A stretch of DNA of 64,000 bases from Lobosporangium transversale (taxonomy: Eukaryota), in NCBI RefSeq assembly GCF_002105155.1, contig NW_019029008.1:1-64000 (forward strand), written 5' to 3'. The notes beneath the pieces were generated by a model, which did no database searches, was not told the DNA's origin, and saw only the letters and a list, made by a program, of their open reading frames with translations. Position numbers and translations under genes: made by a program. This document shows positions 27,024-37,531 of the stretch, piece after piece. Every line of letters starts with the position of its first letter. The stretch's first letter is position 1.

Positions 27024-29306
27024 TTAAAACTGCATTGCAGAGAGCTCCCAGAGGTAGGCACCGAGCAGCTTGGTACCCTCGATATAGTTGGAGCGATCCA
27101 GCTTCTCGTTGATTGAGTGGGCTCCATCAGAGGATCGACCCATGGGCAATAGGAGGACGTTCTTGTTAAGAGCATCCTGGAAGGTCAAAGTAACGGGGAT
27201 GGAACCACCCTCACGAGTCAAGTCAGGCTTAACTTTGTATACACGCTCTACAGCCTTCGCAGCAGCCACTATTTCATCATAAAAAAAAAGAATTAAAAAA
27301 TAAAATGAAGATTAAAGGCTCCGTTAAGGAAAAAAAAAAAAAAAAAAAAAAAAAAAGACACGTCTAATTACGTTTATTGAAAACAAATGATGTTTGTTCA
27401 TTTTCTTACCATAGTTAGGATGCTCAAAAGAGGCGACCCAAGGCTTTCCAGCATGAAGACACTCGACTTCGATACAGTTCTTAGAACCGAGCTTAGCAAA
27501 TTCCTCCTTGATGTACTTGATGACACAGGCATCAATCTTCTCAGGGACCATGTTGGGCACAGAACGAATTGAGAACTTTCCAATAACCTTGGCAGGAATG
27601 ACAGTTTTGGCTCCTGCAGCAGAAAATGCTCCCTCGATTCCATGAAGCGAAAGAGAGGGGTAGCGCCAACGACCTTTCAAGGCATCAATGTGGTTATCAT
27701 GAATGGTGTTCTGAGCATCAATGGCATTGTGAAGAGTGCTCAAATTGAAGTCCAAAGGAGGGTAGGAAGCCTCTTCGGCATCTATAATCGCACGTGTCGC
27801 AATATTAATATAAGGAAATTGCAACGAATGTTGGCATTTGATCTCCAGATTATTTCTTTTTTTTTTTTTAACATACCAGTTAGCGGAGCAACGTCGTCCA
27901 TGATACCAGGGATGAGGATCTCGCCCTGAGGACTGACAAGCTTGGAAAAGATATGAGCCAAGTCGGTCATGGGCTCATGAACAGTACCACCGAAGACACC
28001 GGAGTGAAGATCACGACCAGGTCCCTTAATAGCAACCTTGTAGTAAGAGATTCCACGGAGACCATAAGTGATGCAAGGCTTGCTATCACCAAGCCAGTAG
28101 TTGTCAGAGATGCAAACAGCATCAACATCCTTGAACCAGCCCTTTGCCTCTGCAATAATCACATCATCCAAGCCTTCTGATCCATTCTCTTCCATTCCTA
28201 TCCCAATAAAATAGAATAGAATAGAATAGGACATATATATTTAGCTAAACGGTCGGGTAACCAGGTGATTAGGCTTGCCTTTTACATATTTTTCGCCAGG
28301 ATGTCGGAATGAATCTTACCCTCAAAGCACATGCGGAGATTGACGGGAAGCTCAAGCCCCAGCTTCTGATGAGCCTCAATAGCGTTCAGCCAGCCAAGAA
28401 TAGGACCTTTATCATCGGTGGAGCCACGTCCGACAAGCTCGCCCTTCTCATTCTCAACCAATTCGAAGGGCTCTGTAGCCCAACCATCCTCTTTAAGGGC
28501 AGGCTGCACGTCGTAATGTCCATAAACCAAGATAGTCTTCTTGGCGGGGTCACGTCCATAGGCACCCAAAACAATGGGAGGAAGCTGAAGAGTATGTCCA
28601 TCCATGATATGAGTGCCGGGGTCACGAATTTCATACCTTTTAGAAAATTTAGTAAGTTTTGAGACAAATTTTTTTCCCAGGAACACTCACAAGCCTCTTC
28701 TGCATTTTGTGACTTACTCAACATTGAGGCGCTTCAACTCCTTCTGGACCCACTCGCCCATGCGGAAGACTTGTGGACGCAGGGAAACATCGGAGCTCAC
28801 ACTAATTAAAAAAAAAAAAAAAAAAAATCAATTGCCATTATAATGGCGTGCTCCTTGGGAATTGAGACGATTTGATATAACCTTCTTTTGCTTTCGCATT
28901 TTTTATTATTTTGTCCAGACAAATGTATTTCTTGAGCAAAAGATGGCATGAGAGAATTGTAGCTGTAGCTTTTGTGTTTTCTATATCCTTTCCTTTTCCT
29001 TTCTCTTTCCCTTTCCCTTTCCCTTTCCCTTTCCCTTCCCTTTCTTTTTTCATTTCTTTTCCCTTTTTTTCCTTTTCTTTCCTTATTTCACATGGATAAT
29101 GCACTGTAGGCGAAAGGGTTTGCTGAGTAGTGTTATGGTAAAGGGACACACATGCACTCTCAATAATAAAAAGCATTATGGATTAACAAAGATGGTACAG
29201 AAAAAAAAAATTACCTAGGAATAGCAACAACATCACGGAGACGTTCCACGTAGATATTCTGGTCCTTATCGACTTGAGCGAAGAACTGGTTGAGTTGTGC
29301 ATCCAT
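27024..29306 (-). CDS. DUG1: Cys-Gly metallodipeptidase (M20A, Dug1/CNDP2), 6 exons
   Basis: Motifs [61 protein letters not shown]; first exon [13 protein letters not shown] starts at 29306. Confidence 0.95.
28987..29043. repeat. (CCTTTC/CCTTTT)n microsatellite in DUG1 intron 1
   Basis: Tandem hexamer-like pyrimidine units are visible on the + strand. Confidence 0.8.
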
Positions 29307-29468
29307 GATGAGAAGATAATATCGGGTGGAATAAACTGTATTGGAATGTGTCGAAGAAAGAGAAGGAAAAAGAAAGAAGGGTACGAGAACCGTGGGAAGT
29401 CAGAAGCAAAAAAAGGAAAAATCCACCCGCCGCGCCACGTCACCTGATGTTAATAAAAAAAAAAAGAG
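29307..29468. promoter_or_regulatory. Very short divergent (probably bidirectional) promoter between DUG1 and TMEM18, containing a GC-rich box with CCACGTCA
   Basis: About 160-200 bp separate the head-to-head start codons; CRE/G-box-like element at ~29435-29442, function inferred only. Confidence 0.4.
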
Positions 29469-29501
29469 ATGTACACCACATTTGGTTCGCAATGCATAAA
29501 G

Positions 29502-30695
29502 ATGTCAATGGCATCGCTTCTGAACATTTCCGAAATGTCATCAGGAATATCAGCAGAAGCTGAAAGAGCAGCAGCAGGAGCATCGGGCGGGACGCAAGGT
29601 ACTTCACAGTTCTGGGACGACTTCTGGAACACGCTCTACCAGTTCACACACCCGTTCTCGTCTACATTCTTTGACTCACTCTTCAGCGACATTGATGCGG
29701 ACAGCCAGGAGGCCATCTTAACCAAACCACAATCGCCTGATGCACAAGCTACCGGAGCTGCCACAGTAGAATCAAACGCAAAACTTCATTTCAAGGACGC
29801 TAGCTCCTTCAATAAGTTTTGGCATGGACTACAGAAGGGAAAGCTCCACCATGATAGTCAGCTTAACACTCCACTTGATCACGCAAAAGCCGCATGGGCT
29901 GACTTTATAGCCGCCTCCACTGGGTTCGTTTCATCTGTAAGCGCTATATGTATCTACCTTTTCATCTTTTATCAAACTCCTCATATATACAAATGAGTGA
30001 GACTGATGTCCATTCTATTCATAATTTCTTCTCCCATCTCGCCAATATCTAGATTGAGTGGCAACAAACATGGATCCTATTGATTTTGACACTACATCTT
30101 TGTATATTTGTGACAATTATACTACTACGCAACAAACCCAACGCTCTCGCTGCCACGCTCCTTTGTACTAGTAAGATTTACACTGTTTGATACAAAATTC
30201 TTTTTTTTTTTTGTAACCAGAGTTTTTGTCCCACGGAGAGAGACAAGGAAGTTGCCCCAAAGAAAGCTGTAAAAAGAAATATCGATGTTTATTTTATTTT
30301 ATTTTTCACTCGGCTCATTGTATTTTGTAATAGTCGTTTTTGCTGCACTGTCAGAGCCACTCAACAGAATCGGAAACCGGCATTGGCAGGTGTTTTCTGA
30401 TGATAATTACTTTGACGAGCACGGCGTTTTTACAAGCCTAGTCTGGGCTGGACCCCACATTAGCAATGCTTTTCTGGCAGTGGTAAGTAATACATTAATT
30501 TTTTTTTTATTTTTATTGGATTTTGCTATAGTCAATTTCATGCTTATCGTGTGATTTTCTCAACTGATGAATTCTTTTTTTGTTCCAACTATACTGCCAT
30601 AATGCGTCCAGATTTTTCTATTAAAAGCTACTGCTACGATGTTGATCAAGGTGAAAAAGGCTCAACTTCAGAGTCAATATAAAAAACGTAAATGA
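29502..30695 (+). CDS. TMEM18: TMEM18 family membrane protein with an N-terminal extension; 4 exons (alternative ATG at 29469)
   Basis: IEWQQTWI..LHL, SEPLNRIGNRHWQVFSDDNYFDEHGVFTSLVWAGP and a basic C-terminus LIKVKKAQLQSQYKKRK match TMEM18. Confidence 0.88.
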
Positions 30696-30739
30696 TAAAT
30701 GATAGCAAATAGTTTAGTGATCCCTACCAATGAACCATA

Positions 30740-30773
<34 letters not shown>

Positions 30774-30832
30774 ATATTTTTACCATATAAAGCATATAAA
30801 GCATGTAAAGCATATAAAGGTACTCACATATT

Positions 30833-32800
30833 TCAAACATAGACAGGCATCAGAGCATCTAAGAAGACCGTCTTACATCCTCTTATATCAAAGTCTGAAT
30901 CTACGAACACTGCCCCCATTAATGCCTCCAACACGTCTCCAAACAGCTTGTCAAAGTGCATATCTTTCAAGCGCCTATCTGACTCTACTTCTGCATTGAT
31001 GCGGGCCATTTTTTGATGAAATCTTTTCCCTTTTCCACCACTGATATATTGACATAGTCCAAGTTGATAAAGGATTTTCCCGAAGGAGTCATTCGAAACA
31101 CTGAGCCTTGGGTGCTGCCCTTCCAAATAATGCGTCCAATATAAGACCGTGATAAAGCCCATCAACGCATCACCTAAAAATTCAAGTCTTTCGAAATCAT
31201 GCGATTGAAGTATGAAGGCTTTTTGAAGAATCGCCTTGTTCTTAAAAGTGTACCTTAAAGTAGTCTCGACTTCCTCAACATCTTGATCGCTCAGTGGTCC
31301 CGGTTCTGTTGTGCTATACAGAGCTGCGGATATTGGGTTTTTTTTGAAAGCCTTGGTTAAATCTTTCCATCGATTAATTTGTGGGAAAACACCATCCCCG
31401 ATCAAATCTTTCACAACTCGAAGAGCTAAATCAAATCCTCCTGCAGATGTGATCTTGATCAGAGCGTTTAGAAAGAACGGCTGTATTTCTTCTGGATTGA
31501 ATGCGCCTCCAGATATTTGCATAAGCCGAGTCTTAATATCTTTAATACAGTGGCTATACCACACCCGTCGTTTGGTAAGAGCACCCGGTCCACCAGGTAT
31601 GGTTACGAATGCTTCTACTGCTAGCAATAAACTGAGAATTGCTCTTCCTAAGCCTCTGCAGAATGAGATCCCGGTAAATGATATTGGCCTCAATGAGACT
31701 CCTTGTATTAAACCAAGCTTCATACAAAGAAGCAGGGCAGCGTGGCAAATCGCCATGCCTTGCTTTATGTAAAAGTCTGATTCTACCTTGGTAAAGCTCG
31801 ATTGCCACCATATAGTGATATCGCATATGTAACCCCATGGAACTATGTCTCCATGGTCCAAATGCCTAAAGCGAACATCTAATGGCGAAGCCTTGTTGGG
31901 ATAAGCAGAAGGTGAGGGTGGATGAGATCCCATGAATGAAAGAAGATAGTCCCTTGCCTGCATAAATAACGCAAAGACGTGGAATTGATCGTCGCTTCTA
32001 TGGAGCTCCGTTTCTTTAAACATCTGCATAGCCGCATTGATTTCTCTTAATGTAGCAGCATCATCGTCAACAATGGCCTTTTCTGTTGGATTAATAACGT
32101 CGTAATGATGAAGAGGAGGATGACAGCGCAAGGCAGAGCTATCTTCTCTGCTATGGGAGGTCTTCGTGCTCGATTTTACAGGGGCTGGCTGTAAGTCAAG
32201 CACACCCAACTTGTGTAATCGCTTGCAGACTTCAACTGAGAGATGGAGCTTGGCCTTGAGCTTTGAATAATGTGGACCTGACGAAAGTGACTGGAAAGGC
32301 GCTCCATCAGGAAGGAGAACACTGACGTACCAGTTGTTAAACTTGTTAGGGACTGGAAAAAAGCTGAACTGTGGTTCGAGGACGGATGGTTGTGAGCTCA
32401 AAGTAGAAGTGACTGCAGAAGTATTGAGAATAAGTATAGAAGAATTACGAGGAGGCGCAGCAGAAAAAAGCGGAGTGGTTGGGATTGTCAATGTCGAGCA
32501 GTATTCGTTCAGGAGAGACAACCCAGTAAACAAAGAAAGATAGGCACCACTGCTTGGAATAGTATACAACACGCTATCAGTGGAGATACTAACGTTAGCG
32601 CTGACAGCGCTAATGCTAGCGGAGGTATTCGAGGAAGAGACTGTAGCGTTCGCTTCATTAGCTCCATCTAATAATGATGAAGTGGAGGTGGCAGTAAAAG
32701 TAGCTGTGCTTGTTTCTCCAGAGAAGATATTGTCTCCAGTAAAAGCTCTTTTACTAGAATCAGCATAGAGATGATCTGTAGCCTTTCTTTTCGACAACAT
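30833..32800 (-). CDS. Intronless Dicer-derived RNase III protein (655 aa): Dicer dimerisation domain, degenerate RNase IIIa, intact RNase IIIb
   Basis: YTIPSSGAYLSL..LSLLNEYCSTL...VLLPDGAP...KAK..VEVCKRLHKLGVLD (Dicer_dimer-like); LRYTFKNKAIL, FERLEFLGDA and KLFGDVLEALMGAVFVDS (RNase III signature). Confidence 0.85.
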   Translation of the reverse strand: MLSKRKATDHLYADSSKRAFTGDNIFSGETSTATFTATSTSSLLDGANEANATVSSSNTSASISAVSANVSISTDSVLYTIPSSGAYLSLFTGLSLLNEYCSTLTIPTTPLFSAAPPRNSSILILNTSAVTSTLSSQPSVLEPQFSFFPVPNKFNNWYVSVLLPDGAPFQSLSSGPHYSKLKAKLHLSVEVCKRLHKLGVLDLQPAPVKSSTKTSHSREDSSALRCHPPLHHYDVINPTEKAIVDDDAATLREINAAMQMFKETELHRSDDQFHVFALFMQARDYLLSFMGSHPPSPSAYPNKASPLDVRFRHLDHGDIVPWGYICDITIWWQSSFTKVESDFYIKQGMAICHAALLLCMKLGLIQGVSLRPISFTGISFCRGLGRAILSLLLAVEAFVTIPGGPGALTKRRVWYSHCIKDIKTRLMQISGGAFNPEEIQPFFLNALIKITSAGGFDLALRVVKDLIGDGVFPQINRWKDLTKAFKKNPISAALYSTTEPGPLSDQDVEEVETTLRYTFKNKAILQKAFILQSHDFERLEFLGDALMGFITVLYWTHYLEGQHPRLSVSNDSFGKILYQLGLCQYISGGKGKRFHQKMARINAEVESDRRLKDMHFDKLFGDVLEALMGAVFVDSDFDIRGCKTVFLDALMPVYV

Positions 32801-34610
32801 GCTTTTCGCAAGAAAAAACAAACAAAAGCTATTAAACTACTGAAGCGATAAGTACAATCAATACCCTCAAAGCCTTCACCAACAAGATAAAGAGAAGCAA
32901 GGGAAAAAAGAAAAAAAAAAAAGTGAGAGAGCAAAAGTCAAAGTAAGATTTGAGCGTAGAAGTGATTGAAAGAGAATACAACAATGATGAACAGAGAAAA
33001 TAGATTGAAGTGAAGGAAAATAGGAATGAGTTTCTTTCCGCTGAATAAATTTGTGACCATCATAAATAAAAAAATCATGGCACTCTGTTGATTGGAGCGT
33101 TTTTATGGAAAATGACGCTGCGTGGAATATTCCATCTCAGGAAAGCTACTCCAACTTCTGTCCCTTTGCCACCATTTTGGAATTATGATATTGAGTTGAA
33201 ATGTAGGCAAGACAGTGCATCAAGCATACCATGCAGACAAACTCTGTTTGAACTGGGTAATAAAAGAGCACAGACCGCAGACTGAACCTAAAGTGGACAC
33301 TCCAACGAATAATGTAAGCGTACAAGTGCATGGCATATACAGGAGACCAAGCCTTTGGCTCTGATAATAGAATCCCTCATCAGAGTTTATAGTGACAATG
33401 GAGCATGTGCTAAGTACATATTTTTTGATTTAAAAGGAGAAGAAAAAAAAAAAAAAAAAGGATTAGTGAGAAACCCAATAACTAGATGACCCTCAAATGG
33501 GATATCTCTTGAGTCCGATTGCTTTCGAGCGAAAAACCAGCTTAAAGTGGCGCATCCTGGGTTATATGCTCGTATGTGGACAGGCAACGAGTCGAGTACT
33601 CTTTTTATTTTTCATCCTTTTAGCTCCCTTGGCTTTGTTGTTCGACTAGTTTACTCAACCTCATCAATTTAATGTAAAAAACTTCGCGCCAAATGGTTAT
33701 ATTGGTTTTCTCTATTTAAGAGCTTTCAGTTCCCACTCTCCCTCTGTTCATTCGTGATTAGCTCTCTACTACATCTTTGGTACCAAACATCACCTTATTG
33801 GTATACTATATGATGTACCTCTCATGTCTAGTTTATCAAGCTCTAAGTTAAAGCCTCATTTATAGATGTGAAGCAATATTGTAAAGTACAATGTAGACCT
33901 TTGATTCTTATCTCTTTCTAGGGCACTGCAGTAGTTAAACAACTTCTCCATCTCTCAGCCGTTACATTCAGATTGATACCATCATAGTCTACAAGAGTAA
34001 CAACCTAATCAGTGCCGGCCTTGCAAGCCACCCAGTTCTGATTATTATTATCATGGGCATGATTGTCCCTCCACTGCTGCATGACTATAAGCCCCTGAGG
34101 ACAACAACCCAAAAAATTCTGTTAAATAAAATAGCGCAACATCGAGGGTTGCCATGACCGAGGTATGGTGTCGTAACACTAGGTACGCTCTTAACCTAGA
34201 GCATAATCCGTATTCCCGAAAGACTATACCCTATTGTCTTATCTTTTATATCATCTACTAAGGTTCGATAATACAAATGAGGAGAGGCAGAGCGCGCTGC
34301 TACTGCAGTGCGGCTTCCCTGGTCAAGACTAATGCGGCAATCCCTCAAGATCTTCTGCCACACCTTTGCGAGGCGGCGGACCAAACAGGACTGATGACAA
34401 GGCGACGATCTTTATTTCAAATCAATATTCGTAACAACTTCTAAATGTTTAAAAATTATCAGCATCACTTTTAAGCAAGAGCAGGGATGGAGGCAACTTC
34501 AATAGTTTTAATGATCGGCTTTATTTCTGTTTGGCCTTATGAGGAAGCATGAAGCTACATCATCGTTTGCCCATTTTTTTTTTAGCCTTCAGGGACACGC
34601 GTTTAATGGT

Positions 34611-36068
34611 CTAAAATTCTATTTTCATCTTGACTATACTCTTCAACTGGTATTCTTCTTTTCTTTCTGTTAAATCATTATATCCCTCACTTGAATACTC
34701 CGCATTCCCACTATCTCGCCTAGGAAACCCAATGAACATTCCATGGCCATACATATCTTTTCCTTCATCATACTTCTTGGCGTCATAGTCTAGATATTGC
34801 ATGCTGGCGATTGGGGCTATGGATAAGGTCGGCTGATGCAAAGTCGGCGACGAAGGTAAAGGCGAAAGTGATAGTGATAGAGTCGACTGCTGCAACAGGG
34901 ATGGCTTAAAGCCATTGTTTTTCAAAATTGAATCCATATTACTAACTGATACGTCTGTTTTATGAGGCGAAGAGAGACCATTATTACGAAGACCAACATT
35001 GGCATTGACAATAGTTGTCATTTCCTTTGCCTCTGCTCGTATTGGCTCTACCACAAAACCGGCTGGTCGGTTCCCTTTACTCAGTCCGATCTGCTTTTTT
35101 TCTATTGCAAGTAAGGGCGCTTCTGAGGTTTGTGCTATTACTGTTGCTGTTGATTCTATGCTTTTGAAATGGTTGTATTGCTGTTGTGCCTTTATACTGC
35201 TACATCCGTAGTAGTCATCCTTAATTGGATACATCAATACATTCATCCTTCCAGTGATGACTACTAACGTGTTTCTTGAGACCAAGCGCCAATCAGTCTC
35301 CTCAAAAGTCAATGGCTCAGATGCAATCATCACAATGTCCTCTCGCTTTACTTTGGCTGCTTCCTTGACCATCCTATAGTGCCCTGGCTTATAGCATTCG
35401 AATCTAGTCCCTGAAGAAAAATAAAGCCTTTCCGGCTCGAGGGCGGCAGACGAAGAATTGATATAGCGAGTACAAACGACAGAGACACCATCAGTCACCG
35501 CAAAATTCAGCATTGAGGGCGTGAGTCCATTGTTCGCTGTTTTTTCAATAGACTTGAACCACATGTTAAATTTCCGGATGGTGTTAAGCATGGCTTCCTT
35601 CAGAGTCTCATGGCCAAATGGTTCACATTGTCGTGGACATTGGAGCTGGCTTAAGAAGACTGCAAAGGCCCATTCTGAATCAGTGTTGCCGTTAACGCTA
35701 AGAAAGATCTCATCTGAAAGAGACTCTTGCAAACGTCGCTTGATCTGACACACACACAAACACACACAAACACACATGTATTAAAAAAAAAAAAAAAAAA
35801 AAAAAGAGGCGTTAACATGGGGCAATGACCAAGACGGTACTGGAAAAAATTAATTTTGCAGAGTATATCGTTTGCATGCGCCCTGCATGATCCTCTGTAA
35901 AGCTTCATTTTTCTCCCAACAGAAGAGAGCCAAGAATAATAGAATCTTATTTCTTCTCAAGATCATCAGTATTAAACAATAGCAAAAAATACATAACGGA
36001 TTTCACCACATGTGCATAGATGGCGCAAGCTCTCTCCGGACTTGCGTGATTTTCTACTCGTACCTGCC

Positions 36069-36099
<31 letters not shown>

Positions 36100-36360
36100 T
36101 ACCTCTTAGCATCGAAGTTTAATACGTTCCATTGTCTCACTTACCAAATGGAAATCGGAAACCATGCCATGGTGCATAAACATGAGTCTTCCATATTGCC
36201 ATGGATGGCCTATCGAGTTATCATTGGATAGATATTAGTAATCAAGCAAATAAACACGTAATTCCGTCCTCCTTATCTCATCCTTCTCAAAGTGCGTTGA
36301 GGGAAGATAGATTAAATGTATCAACATCTATAAAATTTTATCGTCAATGTTTTTTTTCTT

Positions 36361-36395
<35 letters not shown>

Positions 36396-36771
36396 CCAAA
36401 GCCAGAGACCGTTGATTGACCTTACAGTTGCTCTCAGAGACCGAACCAGCAGCCGCAGCGCGCACATGAGCAAAGACTAAAGGACTCTTGATCTTATTCG
36501 CTAGACGGATCAAGTTCATATTGTTCCATGCTGGAGTCACAGACGTGAAGATACAAGGTGCTGCAGACCCGTCAATGGAAGATTCAGGTTCATACCATCC
36601 TAAAACCTCGGAAAAAAAAAAATGAATGATTGGATTGCGTAAACACATGTCCCCAAAGGAATTTTAAGTTAGACCTCCTGAAAAAAGTAAAAAATAAAAA
36701 AAACGGAGATTTAGTACTTTAGTACTTACCAACACCAAATCCATCGCCTTGTCGAGACCGAGAAAAAGGGG

Positions 36772-36804
<33 letters not shown>

Positions 36805-37129
36805 ACTAAAAAAACAAGGGAAAGGTCGATGGTTGATATTGCTCTGTTTTCGTTTTTAGTTTACCATTGATCAATCTACGGCCGTCGACCGGTCTTTTTG
36901 AATCAAAGGACTGATTGATGATAGAGTGGGCTGGTTTTGTTAAGAGCTGAAAAATGAATTAAAGTTCGTTTATTGGAATGTAGCTGATGAATGAACATGA
37001 CATGACATGAGCATGAACATGAATGATGGTTCATTTTACATGAGCTAGTTGAATGGGCTGCCTGCCTTTGTAGAGCAACATCCGACATCTGGCTTGAGTA
37101 TTTAATGGCATGTAGAACGAAGAATCCAT
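34611..37129 (-). CDS. DUG3: Dug3-like class II glutamine amidotransferase with N- and C-terminal extensions; 6 exons including an 18-nt micro-exon
   Basis: Spliced product CRMLLYKG..HLLTKPAHSIINQSFD..NGDGFGVGWY..PAWNNMNL..FAHVRA..NCHPW..GNTDSEW..NFAVTDG..IASEPLTF. The start codon is uncertain. Confidence 0.85.
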
Positions 37130-37531
37130 ATCAAATGAAGCCAGGAATATGCTTTTAAATAATTGTGTAAGAGTATTGTTCAATGAAGAAAAAAGGGATA
37201 AAAAAAAAAGAGTGAAAGAAAGAGGATTGGAAACAACTGAAGTAAAGAGAGTAGAGAAACACATACTAAGATGTAAGAAAGGTATCAGGCGACTTTTTAT
37301 GAATATGAAATAACTCACTATCAGACGTTTATTTCATTGGGCGTTAGGGCAAGTAAAGGCGCAGTAGATAAAAAATAGTGCGACGCGTCTATTTCCATTG
37401 GCTTAATGTGTGATACAACAACAATGTTTTATTATAATACAATGAGTCCTCATTACAATAATAAGGTAGTGTTACAAATGCGTCATTTGTGCGGTGGGAG
37501 CCAAAAACACCTTTTGTTCCTTCTCTGCCTT

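Noticed and set aside
33600..34450. Possible decayed small gene (TATA-like box, intron-like segment, GC-richer patch)
   Set aside because: No frame gives a recognisable product, and there is no evidence that it supplies Dicer exons.
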